In this document: one piece after another, positions 1 to 9,730 of the stretch
Position numbering within the stretch: position 1 is the stretch's first letter
Layout of the letters: each line of letters opens with the position of its first letter
Assembly (NCBI GenBank): GCA_965198895.1
Contig: OZ240676.1
Span: forward strand, 474,400-538,399
Direction: 5' to 3'
Source of the DNA: Acetobacteraceae bacterium
GTDB lineage: Bacteria; Pseudomonadota; Alphaproteobacteria; Acetobacterales; Acetobacteraceae
DNA length: 64,000 nt
Notes under the pieces: model-generated
Seen by the model: the letters and a program-made list of their open reading frames with translations, nothing else
Told to the model about the DNA's origin: nothing
Databases searched by the model: none
Made by a program: the position numbers and the translations under genes

Positions 1-1
1 C

Positions 2-673
2 GAGAAATCGGCGCACTTGCCGACGACCGCCTTCGTCATCTTCCTGCAGAACCATGACCAGATCGGCAATCGCGCGCTTGGCGAGCGCCTGACCGTCCTC
101 GCCGATCCGCGTGCGCTTCGCGCTGCCCAGGGTTTGCTGCTGTTGTCGCCGTTCATTCCGCTGCTGTTCATGGGCGAGGAAGTGCAGAGCAAAACGCCAT
201 TTCTGTTCTTCACCGACCATGGCGACGAACTGGCTGAGCTCGTTCGCCAAGGGCGCCGCGAGGAGTTCAAACACTTCCCAGCCTTCAAGGATCCAAGCCG
301 CCGCGACGAGATCCCCGACCCGAACGCCAGGTCCACCTTTGAAGCGTCTGCACCCGATTTCAGCGGGAATGATAGCTTCATCCGCGGCCTGCTCACCTTG
401 CGGCGGGACCGGATCATGCCCGGCATCCCTGGCGCGCGCAGCCTGGGCTCGGAGGTCATCGGCAAGAGCGCACTCGCGGCGCATTGGCGTATGGGCAATG
501 GCGACGTGCTGGGGATCGCGATCAGCTTCGATGACCAGGCTGCCCTGCCAGTTCCGTCCGGCGCGTTACTGTTCGAGAGCGAACCCGGTGTTTGGGACCA
601 GGCGCAAACCGGCACATTGCGTGACCGCTCCTCCATCGCCTGGATCGAGCCCGCCGGGAGAGTTCAGGAGTGA
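2..673 (+). CDS. treZ: Malto-oligosyltrehalose trehalohydrolase (GH13), C-terminal part; gene starts before the window
   Basis: FLQNHDQIGNRALGERL and LLFMGEE...PFLFFTDH motifs of TreZ; upstream of malQ/treY. Confidence 0.92.
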   Translation, partial: EKSAHLPTTAFVIFLQNHDQIGNRALGERLTVLADPRALRAAQGLLLLSPFIPLLFMGEEVQSKTPFLFFTDHGDELAELVRQGRREEFKHFPAFKDPSRRDEIPDPNARSTFEASAPDFSGNDSFIRGLLTLRRDRIMPGIPGARSLGSEVIGKSALAAHWRMGNGDVLGIAISFDDQAALPVPSGALLFESEPGVWDQAQTGTLRDRSSIAWIEPAGRVQE

Positions 674-2661
674 GCCTGCACGATCTAGCCCAGGAAGCCG
701 GGCTGGCGCTGCACTGGAAAGACGTTCACGGCCAGTGGCACCAAGTCGGCGACGATACGGTCAGGGCGGTTCTCGCCGCTCTGGGCCTGCCCGCCGACAG
801 CGATGCGGATATCGGCGACAGCCTCACGGCGCTGCGTAGCCCGAGCCGCCTGCCGCCGTTGGCAACGGGCGATACCGGCGGGACGCTGCGCTTGCCGATT
901 GCGGCCGGTCCCTACCAGTTCGTGTTGGAAAGCGGCGCCACGCTGGACGGCGTGGCCGGCGATGAAGGCGGGGCCACGATCCCGTTGCCATCCGAACCGG
1001 GGTATCACCAGCTGCACATCGGCCGCCAGGACGTGCTGGTCGCGGTGGCTCCGGCGCAGGGCTGGACCATGGGCGAGGCGGCACCGGGCCGGCCATGGGC
1101 ACTGGCGGCGCAGCTATACTCGCTGCGGCGCAAGGGCGATGGCGGGCTCGGCGATTTCGGCGGTTTGGAGCAGTTCGTGCGGAATGCGGCCGCCCATGGG
1201 GCGGCGGGCGTGGCGATCAGCCCGGTGCACGCGCAGTTCTCCGCCACGCTCGACCGGTTCAGCCCGTATTCACCGTCCAGCCGGACGCTGCTGAACGCGC
1301 TGCATGCCGCCGTCGATCTGCCTGGGGACGATGCCGCCCGACTGGAGGCCGACACGCTGGTGGACTGGCCCTCCGCGGCGCGGCACCGGTTCGAGCGCCT
1401 GGATGCCCTGTTCACCCAGGCGGAAGCCGGCGGCGCGCTGTGGGAGGAGTTCACCCGCTTCCGCGCCGCCGAGGGGCGCACGCTCGAAACCCACGCCCAG
1501 TTCGAGGTGCTGCATGCCCGCCTGGCGCCGCAGGGTCTGTGGCACTGGCGGCACTGGCCGGGCGGCCTGTCCGACGCTTCCAGCGCGGAGGTGGCACAGT
1601 TCGCCCAGGATCATGCGCGGGAGATCACCCGGCACGCCTTCTACCAGTTCATGGCCGACCGCAGCCTCGGCGCCGCCCAGGCCGCGGCGAAGCAGGCCGG
1701 CATGCCGGTCGGGCTGATCTCGGACCTGGCCGTCGGCGTCGACTCCGGCGGTAGCCAGTGCTGGTCGCATCCGTCACAGACCTTGCTGGGGCTGACGGTC
1801 GGTGCGCCGCCCGACCTGCTGAACACGAGCGGCCAGAACTGGGGGCTCGCCGCCTTCTCGCCGCGCGGCTTGCAGCTGAGCGGATTCAGCGCCTTCATCG
1901 AGATGCTGCGCGCCGCGATGCGCCATTCCGGCGGGGTCCGGATCGACCACGCGATGGGCTTGGCCCGGCTCTGGGTGCTGCCGGACGGGGCCAGCCCAAG
2001 GCACGGCGTATATCTGCACTTCCCCGTCGACGACATGCTGCGCCTGGTGCGGCTGGAATCGCGGCGCCACCAGGCGATCGTGTTGGGCGAGGACCTCGGC
2101 ACCCTGCCCGACGGCTTCCAGGGCCGCATCAGCGCCTCCGGCATGCTCGGCATGCGCGTGCTGTGGTTCGAACGGGCGCTCGATCTCGGCTTCACTGCGC
2201 CATCGCTCTGGGATTACGGCGCTGTCTCGATGACGAGCACGCACGACTTGGCTACGGTCGCCGGCTGGTGGTCGGGCAACGACACCGCCTGGCGCCGCCG
2301 CCTCGGTCAACTGGATGAGGAAGGCGTTGCGCGGGAGAACAGCGAGCGGCATCGCGACCGGCACATGCTGTGGTCCGCCATGCTGGCCAGCGGCGCTGCC
2401 CAGGGCGATCCGCCGCCCCCCGATGCCCCTGCCGAAGCGGTGAACGCCGCCATCCGCCACGTCGGCGGCGCCGCTTGCGCGCTCACCATCATCCCGCTGG
2501 AGGACGTGCTGGCCCTCCCCGAGCAGCCGAACCTGCCGGGCACGCTGGACGAACACCCCAACTGGCGCCGCCGCATGCCGGGCGAGGCAGCGACGCTGCT
2601 GGACGACCCGGCGGTGGCGGCGCGCCTTCGCGACCTCGACGCCGCCAGGAAGAATTCATGA
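670..2661 (+). CDS. malQ: 4-alpha-glucanotransferase (GH77)
   Basis: DLAVG, GAPPD, QNWG, RIDHAMGL, GEDLG, THDL and NLPGT..EHPNWR motifs; GTGA overlap with treZ. Confidence 0.95.
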   Translation: MSLHDLAQEAGLALHWKDVHGQWHQVGDDTVRAVLAALGLPADSDADIGDSLTALRSPSRLPPLATGDTGGTLRLPIAAGPYQFVLESGATLDGVAGDEGGATIPLPSEPGYHQLHIGRQDVLVAVAPAQGWTMGEAAPGRPWALAAQLYSLRRKGDGGLGDFGGLEQFVRNAAAHGAAGVAISPVHAQFSATLDRFSPYSPSSRTLLNALHAAVDLPGDDAARLEADTLVDWPSAARHRFERLDALFTQAEAGGALWEEFTRFRAAEGRTLETHAQFEVLHARLAPQGLWHWRHWPGGLSDASSAEVAQFAQDHAREITRHAFYQFMADRSLGAAQAAAKQAGMPVGLISDLAVGVDSGGSQCWSHPSQTLLGLTVGAPPDLLNTSGQNWGLAAFSPRGLQLSGFSAFIEMLRAAMRHSGGVRIDHAMGLARLWVLPDGASPRHGVYLHFPVDDMLRLVRLESRRHQAIVLGEDLGTLPDGFQGRISASGMLGMRVLWFERALDLGFTAPSLWDYGAVSMTSTHDLATVAGWWSGNDTAWRRRLGQLDEEGVARENSERHRDRHMLWSAMLASGAAQGDPPPPDAPAEAVNAAIRHVGGAACALTIIPLEDVLALPEQPNLPGTLDEHPNWRRRMPGEAATLLDDPAVAARLRDLDAARKNS

Positions 2662-5444
2662 AGCCGTTTACCGCGACCGCCCGCCTGCAGTTCCACAAAG
2701 ACTTCACGATGGATATGGCGGCGGCACTGGTGCCGTACTATGCCAGCCTCGGCGTCTCCCACATGTATGCCTCGCCGCTGCTGAAGTCCCGCCCCGGGTC
2801 GACGCACGGCTACGATATCGTCGACCACAACCAGATCGACCCGGAACTGGGCGGGGAGGAGGCGCTGCGGCGCCTGGTCGCCGAGTTGCGGAAACACGAC
2901 ATGGGTTTGGTGCTCGACATCGTGCCGAATCACATGGGCGTCGGCGGGGCGGACAACGCGTGGTGGCTGGACGTGCTGGAATGGGGCCGGGCGAGCCCCT
3001 ATGCCGAGTATTTCGACATCGACTGGGATCCGCCGGACGCCTCGCTGCGTGGCCGGATGTTGGCGCCGTTCCTGGGCTCGCCCTATGGCGACTGCCTGAA
3101 GAACGGGGAGCTGACGCTGCAGTTCGACCCCGAGGACGGGCGGCTGTTCGCCAGCTACTACTCGCACCGCTTCCCGATCAACCCGCGCGACTACGCCTCG
3201 GTTCTGCTGACCGAGGGTGGCCCTCTGGAGGAACCGGCGCGCGCGTTCAACGAGTTGTCCACCAACAACCGCGACCTGATGCGCACCGAAGCCGCGACCG
3301 CACGGGAAGCGCTGCGTTCGCCCGACTACGCCCAGCCGATCGCCGAGTGCCTGCGCGCCTACGACCCGGCGACCGACACCGGTCGTGACCGGTTGCACCG
3401 CCTGTTGGAACGGCAGAGCTACCGCTTGTCATGGTGGCGGGCCGCGACCGACGAGATCAATTGGCGCCGCTTCTTCGACGTGAACGGCCTCGCCGGCGTG
3501 CGCGCCGAAGTGCCGACCGTGTTCGACGACACCCATCGCACGATCCTGCGCCTGTATACCGAGGGGCTGATCGACGCCGTCCGCATCGACCACGTGGACG
3601 GCCTGGCCGACCCGCGCGGCTATTGCCGCAAGCTGCGGCGCCTGCTGGATGCGGCCCACGAGCATCGCCCGCGCGAGCTGCAGGGGGAACGTGCCGGGCT
3701 GTGGATCGAGAAGATCCTGGCCACCCACGAATCGCTGACGAGCGACTGGCTGACGGATGGCACGACCGGCTACGACTATATGAACGACGTCTCCGCCGTG
3801 CTGCACGACGGGGCCGGCGAGGAAAGGATTACGGCGATCTGGACCGGCCTCACCGGCCGCCCGGGCGCGTTCGAAGTCGAGGCGGTGTCCGCCCGGCGGC
3901 AGATCCTGCGGGAAAGCCTGTCGAGCGAGATCTTCTCGACCGCCGCCGCGATCCACCGCGTTGCCCGGCGGGACCTGTCTACGCGCGACTACACGCTGAC
4001 CGCGGTCCGCCGGACGCTGACCGAAATTCTGGTGCATTTCCACGTCTATCGCATCTACGCCGGGCTGGGCGGCATCTCCGAGACGGACAAGCGGGAGATG
4101 GATTGGGCGCTGGCTGGCGCCCGCCGCACGGTGCGCGCCACCGACCGCGAGCTGCTGGAGCTGATGGCGAGCTGGCTGTCCGGCGACGGCATCCGGCAGG
4201 TGCCGGCCGGTAGCCGCCGGGCCGAGCGGCTGCGGGCGATGGTGAAGTTCCAGCAGCTATCAGCGCCAACCGCCGCCAAGTCGGTGGAGGACACCGCGTT
4301 CTATCGCTACGGGCGGCTGATCTCGCGCAACGAGGTCGGCTCCGAGCCGTCGCAGTTTGCCATCACCCCCGCCGCCTTCCACAACGCCATGCGGACCCGC
4401 CGCAAGCGCTTTCCGCAGGCGCTGCTCGCCACTGCCACGCACGACCACAAGCGCGGCGAGGATACCCGTGCCCGCCTGGCGGTGATCAGCGAGCTGCCGG
4501 CCGAATGGGAAGCCGCCCTCACCCGGTGGACCCGGCTGAATGCCCCCCTGAAGAAGGATGTCGGGGTGCTCGCGCCGGACGCTTGCGACGAGATCATGCT
4601 GTATGAAAGCCTGGTCGGTGCCTGGCCGCTCGGTCTGTCGGCGAACGACCTCGAGGGCGTGGCCGCATTCGAGGAGCGGCTCGCCGCTTGGCAGGAGAAG
4701 GCACTGCGGGAGGGCAAGCGGCACACCGGCTGGGCGGCGCCGAACGCCGAGTACGAAGGCGCTTGCCGAGACTTCCTGCACCAGGTGATGGACCCCGGCC
4801 GGGTCTCGCACGTGCTGCAGGACGTGGCCGATTTCGTGGAGCGGATCGCGGCCCCGGGCGCGGTGAACGCCCTGTCGCAAGCGCTCATGCGGGTGACGTC
4901 ACCGGGCGTCCCGGACCTATACCAAGGAACGGAATACTGGGATTTCAGCCTGGTCGACCCGGACAACCGCCGCCCCGTCGATTTCTCCGCCAGGCAGGCC
5001 TCGCTGGAGGCGGATATCAGCCCGGCCGACTTGCTGCAGGATTGGAAAGACGGCCGGGTGAAACAGGCCATGCTCGCGCGAGCCATGCGGTTCCGAGCCG
5101 ACTCTGGCCGCCTGTTCACCGAGGGCAGCTACGTCCCGTTGCGGGTGGACGGCGAACGGGCCGACAACGTCGTCGCGTTTGCGCGGGTACATGAAGGCCG
5201 GGCATCAATTACGGTGGTGACCCGCCTGCCCGGTCACCTTCCCGGCATCGGATCGATTCCGGTCGCCGACCCGGCGGTTTGGTCTGGAACCTTTATTGTG
5301 ACACCACGTAACTTCATAGGCCGCCGTACTGTGGACGTAATGACGGCGCAGAAGGGCGAAGGCGAGGGCAAGGAAATGATGGGACGCTTGCCACTATCTG
5401 AAATTCTGGCCACATTCCCGGTGGCGCTGTTGGAGGTTCGATGA
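2658..5444 (+). CDS. treY: Malto-oligosyltrehalose synthase (GH13)
   Basis: ATARLQFH, GSTHGYD, DIVPNHMG, RIDHVDGL, TATHDHKRGED, PDLYQG, SLVDPDNRRPVDF; true start ATG 2658 overlapping the malQ stop. Confidence 0.95.
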   Translation: MKPFTATARLQFHKDFTMDMAAALVPYYASLGVSHMYASPLLKSRPGSTHGYDIVDHNQIDPELGGEEALRRLVAELRKHDMGLVLDIVPNHMGVGGADNAWWLDVLEWGRASPYAEYFDIDWDPPDASLRGRMLAPFLGSPYGDCLKNGELTLQFDPEDGRLFASYYSHRFPINPRDYASVLLTEGGPLEEPARAFNELSTNNRDLMRTEAATAREALRSPDYAQPIAECLRAYDPATDTGRDRLHRLLERQSYRLSWWRAATDEINWRRFFDVNGLAGVRAEVPTVFDDTHRTILRLYTEGLIDAVRIDHVDGLADPRGYCRKLRRLLDAAHEHRPRELQGERAGLWIEKILATHESLTSDWLTDGTTGYDYMNDVSAVLHDGAGEERITAIWTGLTGRPGAFEVEAVSARRQILRESLSSEIFSTAAAIHRVARRDLSTRDYTLTAVRRTLTEILVHFHVYRIYAGLGGISETDKREMDWALAGARRTVRATDRELLELMASWLSGDGIRQVPAGSRRAERLRAMVKFQQLSAPTAAKSVEDTAFYRYGRLISRNEVGSEPSQFAITPAAFHNAMRTRRKRFPQALLATATHDHKRGEDTRARLAVISELPAEWEAALTRWTRLNAPLKKDVGVLAPDACDEIMLYESLVGAWPLGLSANDLEGVAAFEERLAAWQEKALREGKRHTGWAAPNAEYEGACRDFLHQVMDPGRVSHVLQDVADFVERIAAPGAVNALSQALMRVTSPGVPDLYQGTEYWDFSLVDPDNRRPVDFSARQASLEADISPADLLQDWKDGRVKQAMLARAMRFRADSGRLFTEGSYVPLRVDGERADNVVAFARVHEGRASITVVTRLPGHLPGIGSIPVADPAVWSGTFIVTPRNFIGRRTVDVMTAQKGEGEGKEMMGRLPLSEILATFPVALLEVR

Positions 5445-6877
5445 ACCGTCTCGTCGTCGTCTCTAACCGGGTCCCGACGCCGGGCAGTGGAACTCAGGCA
5501 GGTGGCCTCGCCGTGGCGTTGGCCGGGCTGATGGGCCAACGCGGCGGGTTGTGGTTTGGGTGGAGCGGCAACGTCTCCAACGAGCACACGTTGAAATCTA
5601 GCGTCGACGGTGGGGTGCAATACGCCACCATCGATCTGACGAAGACCGAGCACGAGCGTTACTATAACGAGTTCTCGAACAGCACGTTATGGCCGCTGCT
5701 TCACTCGATGCCTGAACTGATGACGTTCGATCGGCGCAACGCCCAGGTGTATCGTTCGGTGAACGAGCGAATGGCGGGTGCGCTGACCCCGCTGCTGCGG
5801 CCGAACGACATGATCTGGATCCACGACTACCATTTGATGGCGATGCCAGCGATGCTTCGCGCGCGCGGCGTCACCGCCCCGATCGGCTTCTTCCTCCACA
5901 TCCCGTTCCCGTCTGCCGACATGCTGGCGAGCGTGCCGGAGGCTGGTGCACTCATTCGCGACCTAGTGTCGGCGGACTTGATCGGCTTCCAGACCCAGAA
6001 TGACGTCGAGAATTTCGCCGACGCCGCCCACCGTCTGGCCGGAGCGACCCGGCTGACCGGCGGCTGGCTGCACGTGGACGGGCGCAGGGTGCGCCTGGGA
6101 GCGTTCCCGGTCGAGATTGAGGCCCGCGAGTTTGCGGCGACGGCCGAACACGCCTGGCGCGCGGCCCCCACGGAACGCCTGCGACGCAGCCTGCAGGGCC
6201 AGAAGCTGGTGTTGGGCGTAGACCGCCTCGACCCGACCAAGGGCCTGATCCAGCGGCTCGCCGGCTACCGCCGCCTGCTCGAAACCCGTCCCGATTGGCG
6301 CCGCCGGGTCACGATGCTGCAGATCGCCGCCGAGAGCCGCAAAGACGTCGTTGCGTATCGCACGTTGCGCGAAGGCGTCGATCGCGAGGCCGGCGCCATC
6401 AACAGCGAGTGGAGCGAGGCGGACTGGACGCCACTGCGCATCGTCGCGCGCGCCGGTGCCCGCGCGACGATGGCGGGCTACATGCGTGAGGCTCGGGTTG
6501 GGTTGGTGACGCCGCTTCGGGATGGCATGAACTTGGTCGCGAAGGAGTTCATCGCGGCCCAGAACCCGCAGGATCCGGGTGTCCTAATCCTGTCTCGTTT
6601 TGCCGGCGCTGCCCGCCAACTCAGTTCGGCCATCATCATCAATCCGCACGATCCCGACGAGATGGCGGATGCCTTGGACAATTCGCTCCGCATGCCGCTC
6701 GCCGAGCGGCAGGAGCGGTGGCAGGCCTGCTGGCGTGCCATAGACGGGGCGACGCCGATGCTGTGGGGCCGCACGTTCCTGGCAACGCTGCTTCGCGTGG
6801 GAAGCGGCACGCCGGCGAATACCGTCTCGCCGATGAAGCCGGCTGCCGTGGAACTGGCCGTGGTCTCGCGCCAGTAA
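5441..6877 (+). CDS. otsA: Trehalose-6-phosphate synthase (GT20)
   Basis: VVSNRV, GGLAVAL, WIHDYHL, GFFLHIPFP, GVDRLDPTKG, RDGMNLVAKE. Confidence 0.93.
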   Translation: MNRLVVVSNRVPTPGSGTQAGGLAVALAGLMGQRGGLWFGWSGNVSNEHTLKSSVDGGVQYATIDLTKTEHERYYNEFSNSTLWPLLHSMPELMTFDRRNAQVYRSVNERMAGALTPLLRPNDMIWIHDYHLMAMPAMLRARGVTAPIGFFLHIPFPSADMLASVPEAGALIRDLVSADLIGFQTQNDVENFADAAHRLAGATRLTGGWLHVDGRRVRLGAFPVEIEAREFAATAEHAWRAAPTERLRRSLQGQKLVLGVDRLDPTKGLIQRLAGYRRLLETRPDWRRRVTMLQIAAESRKDVVAYRTLREGVDREAGAINSEWSEADWTPLRIVARAGARATMAGYMREARVGLVTPLRDGMNLVAKEFIAAQNPQDPGVLILSRFAGAARQLSSAIIINPHDPDEMADALDNSLRMPLAERQERWQACWRAIDGATPMLWGRTFLATLLRVGSGTPANTVSPMKPAAVELAVVSRQ

Positions 6878-6942
6878 TATCGGCAGCTACGCGCCCCCGC
6901 GGATCGGCCTGCTTCGCAAGGCATTTGGCTCGGGTTGACGTC

Positions 6943-7563
6943 TCAGGCCTGTGACAAGTAGCTCTTGATGTCTGCGGCCATTTTGTCGGCGCCCTCGTCC
7001 GCGCGAATAATCCCGATGAACTGCCCGGCCGGGTTCATCAAATACAGGATGGAACTGTGATCCATCGTGTAATCGCCGGGATTGGGACCGGTCTTATGCT
7101 GGGCGTAGTAGACCCGGTATTCGTGGGCCACCGTCGCGATCTGGGCCGGGGTTCCGGTTAGGCCCTGCAGCCGCGGGCTGAAAGCTGCGGCGTATTGCTT
7201 GACGACGTCGGCGGTGTCGCGGGCCGGGTCGACCGTGATGAACAGAGGGTCGATCGCGTCGGCTTGGGGGCCTAGCTTATCCATCGCCTGGGCCACGTCG
7301 TTCAGCGTCGTGGGACAGACGTCGGGGCAGAAGGTGTAACCGAAATACACCAGCATGTATTTGCCACGATAGGTCTGGTCAGTGACCGTCTGCCCGTTGC
7401 CATCCGTGAGCGTAAACGGGCCGCCTATCACCGCGGCCTGCTGCACCGGGGCGGGCGTGCCGAACACGAACAACTCCAGTCCCGCGATGACGAGCAGGAT
7501 CGCCACCCCGGCTAACGCAGCGCGCATGACCCGGCGCGAAGCAGGTCTTCTCTCGACAGACAT
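6943..7563 (-). CDS. SCO1/SenC family copper chaperone
   Basis: N-terminal TM helix, GGPFTL, FGYTFCPDVCP (CxxxC), YTMDHS. Confidence 0.93.
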   Translation of the reverse strand: MSVERRPASRRVMRAALAGVAILLVIAGLELFVFGTPAPVQQAAVIGGPFTLTDGNGQTVTDQTYRGKYMLVYFGYTFCPDVCPTTLNDVAQAMDKLGPQADAIDPLFITVDPARDTADVVKQYAAAFSPRLQGLTGTPAQIATVAHEYRVYYAQHKTGPNPGDYTMDHSSILYLMNPAGQFIGIIRADEGADKMAADIKSYLSQA

Positions 7564-7773
7564 GACGGCGACCTCGATCTGTGACCGGCCTTATACCACG
7601 CCGGCGATTTGGTCCTTCCACTTCTACAGGTGAAGCCGACGGAGGGCACTAGGGGCAGTTCCAGCCCAAGCGCGGCTGACCGAGTTCGGACGCCGACGGT
7701 TGTCCGGAACGATCCGGTCTGGTAACATGTCGCGGTCCAACAATGTCGAGCCTCAGCAAGAGGGAGGGGTCGG

Positions 7774-8319
7774 ATGGCTTTCAACGTGAGGGGCAGCGGC
7801 GCGCCACCCAACAAGCTCAGCCACGACCAAGCGGGCAAGTATTTCGCCGCCGCTATCAGCTATGTCACACAGTCGGACACGGCAAAGCTCGTCTACGACA
7901 GGCTGGACGCATTGCCGAACAAGATCCTCATCGAGTGCAATCTGACCGACGACGACGCCTATGCCCATGCATACGCTGGCGCCGGATACATCGCCTGGGA
8001 CCCGCTGAGTTCCCTCAAGGTTACGGATACCGGATGGCAGTCACCGGCCGTGGGACTGATCCACGAGATGTATCACGCCTACCAGGAGTTCGTTCTGAGA
8101 GACATCTACCCGAATATTCCGCAGAAGCTGATCAGCGGTGGACCGGCCGGCGGAGGCAAGCAGCCGGTGAGCAAGGAGGAGATTGCCACCGTCATCTTCG
8201 AGACCAAGGTGTGCCAAGAACTTGCCGCACTCGGTCATACCAACGAGACGGTCCGGACGACCTACTTCCGCTGTGTCGGGACGGAACGGGTCAAGAGCCC
8301 AAGCGCTACGGGGCGCTGA
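7774..8319 (+). CDS. Hypothetical zincin-like HExxH protein (M91/NleD-like peptidase domain)
   Basis: AG-rich SD (GAGGGAGGGG); GLIHEMYHAY motif followed by EE.ATV..E...R..Y. Confidence 0.6.
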   Translation: MAFNVRGSGAPPNKLSHDQAGKYFAAAISYVTQSDTAKLVYDRLDALPNKILIECNLTDDDAYAHAYAGAGYIAWDPLSSLKVTDTGWQSPAVGLIHEMYHAYQEFVLRDIYPNIPQKLISGGPAGGGKQPVSKEEIATVIFETKVCQELAALGHTNETVRTTYFRCVGTERVKSPSATGR

Positions 8320-8339
8320 CCTCGCGCGTCGTTCAGACT

Positions 8340-9608
8340 TCAGCGCACACCCAAGCGCCTTGCCGCGACGAGACAGAGCAGGCTCAGCAGCATCACGGCG
8401 CACAGATACAAGCCCGGGCTCGTCGGGTCCCCGGTTGCCGCCACGATCGCGCCCACGACCAGCGGGGTCACGCCGCCAAAGAGCGTCTGCGCTAGCACGT
8501 AGCTGATGGAAACACCGGTGGTGCGCCGCCGGGTCAGGAACAGGTCGGCCAGGGCTGCCGGAACCGTCGCATAGTAGCCGCAGTAGAAAACCAGCGCGAT
8601 CAGCGCCTGGATGCTGACCAGGGTGGCAACCGAAGGTGACGCCACCAGCCAACGGAACAGCGGGTAGATCATCACCAGGCCAACCACTCCCGCGACCGCC
8701 ATCACCCGGATTCGTCCCACCTTGTCCGACAACGCGCCGAACACCGGCGGCAGCAGCGTATTCACCACCCCGGCCGCAATCGTGCCGAGCAGCGCAGTGG
8801 AGGCGGGCAGGCCGAGCTTGGTGAAGGCAAACGTCGGCATGTACGTGTTCAGGTAGCTGCCGCAGGCCCCGGCCGCCACGATCCCGGCCCCCACCACGAT
8901 CCGCAGCTTGTCCAGGGAGGCAGCTTCCTGCAGCGGGGTGTCGGTATGGTCGGCGCGCAGGAACTCCTCCGGTTCGTCGAGGCGGCTGCGGATGTAGACC
9001 GCCGCCGGGCCGATCAGCAGGCCGAACAGGAACGGCACGCGCCAGCCCCAACTCGCCACCTGGTCAGCAGTCAGCGCGGCATTCACGGCGTAGGCGAACA
9101 GCGAGGCGAGGAACACGGCGAACCCCGACGCGGCCCATTGCAGGCTGGCGTAGAAGCCGCGGCGCGCCGGGTCCTGCTCGGCCAGCAGGGCGGTGGCGCT
9201 GCCGAACTCGCCGCCGGCCGAGAAGCCCTGCACCATGCGGGCCACGACCAGCAGAATCGGCGCCGCGAGCCCGATCGTGGCGTAGTTGGGCAGAACCGCG
9301 ATCACCAGCGTGCCGAACGTCATCAGTGCCGCGGACAACGTCAGCCCCGGCTTGCGCCCCACCCGGTCGGAATAGGCGCCGATGAAGATCGCCCCCAGCG
9401 GCCGCACCAGCCACGCGATGGCGAAGGTGCCGAGGCTGAGCAGCGTCGACACCGCCGGGTCGCTGGACGGGAAGAACTGCCGCCCCAGCACCACCGCGAA
9501 CAGGGCATACAGCACCAGGTCGTACCACTCGAGCGCCGCCCCGATATTGGCGGCGATAGCGGTATGCAGTCGGCTGGCCCGCGGCCTCGATGCTAGCGCC
9601 ACGTCCAT
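8340..9608 (-). CDS. MFS transporter, metabolite:H+ symporter (ProP/CitA-like)
   Basis: GAALEWYD, RPLGAIFIGAYSDRVGRK, QGFSAGGEFG; about 12 hydrophobic segments; start set at MDVALAS. Confidence 0.92.
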   Translation of the reverse strand: MDVALASRPRASRLHTAIAANIGAALEWYDLVLYALFAVVLGRQFFPSSDPAVSTLLSLGTFAIAWLVRPLGAIFIGAYSDRVGRKPGLTLSAALMTFGTLVIAVLPNYATIGLAAPILLVVARMVQGFSAGGEFGSATALLAEQDPARRGFYASLQWAASGFAVFLASLFAYAVNAALTADQVASWGWRVPFLFGLLIGPAAVYIRSRLDEPEEFLRADHTDTPLQEAASLDKLRIVVGAGIVAAGACGSYLNTYMPTFAFTKLGLPASTALLGTIAAGVVNTLLPPVFGALSDKVGRIRVMAVAGVVGLVMIYPLFRWLVASPSVATLVSIQALIALVFYCGYYATVPAALADLFLTRRRTTGVSISYVLAQTLFGGVTPLVVGAIVAATGDPTSPGLYLCAVMLLSLLCLVAARRLGVR

Positions 9609-9730
9609 GCTGATCCCCTGCGAATGCAGCGGCGATGATGTCGATTGCGTGACCACGGGACAAGCCGGGTTTGCGCCGGGAAACTGCATTGGGGCGCTCG
9701 TGTTGCTTCGGTCTCGCTCAGGAAACCGCA

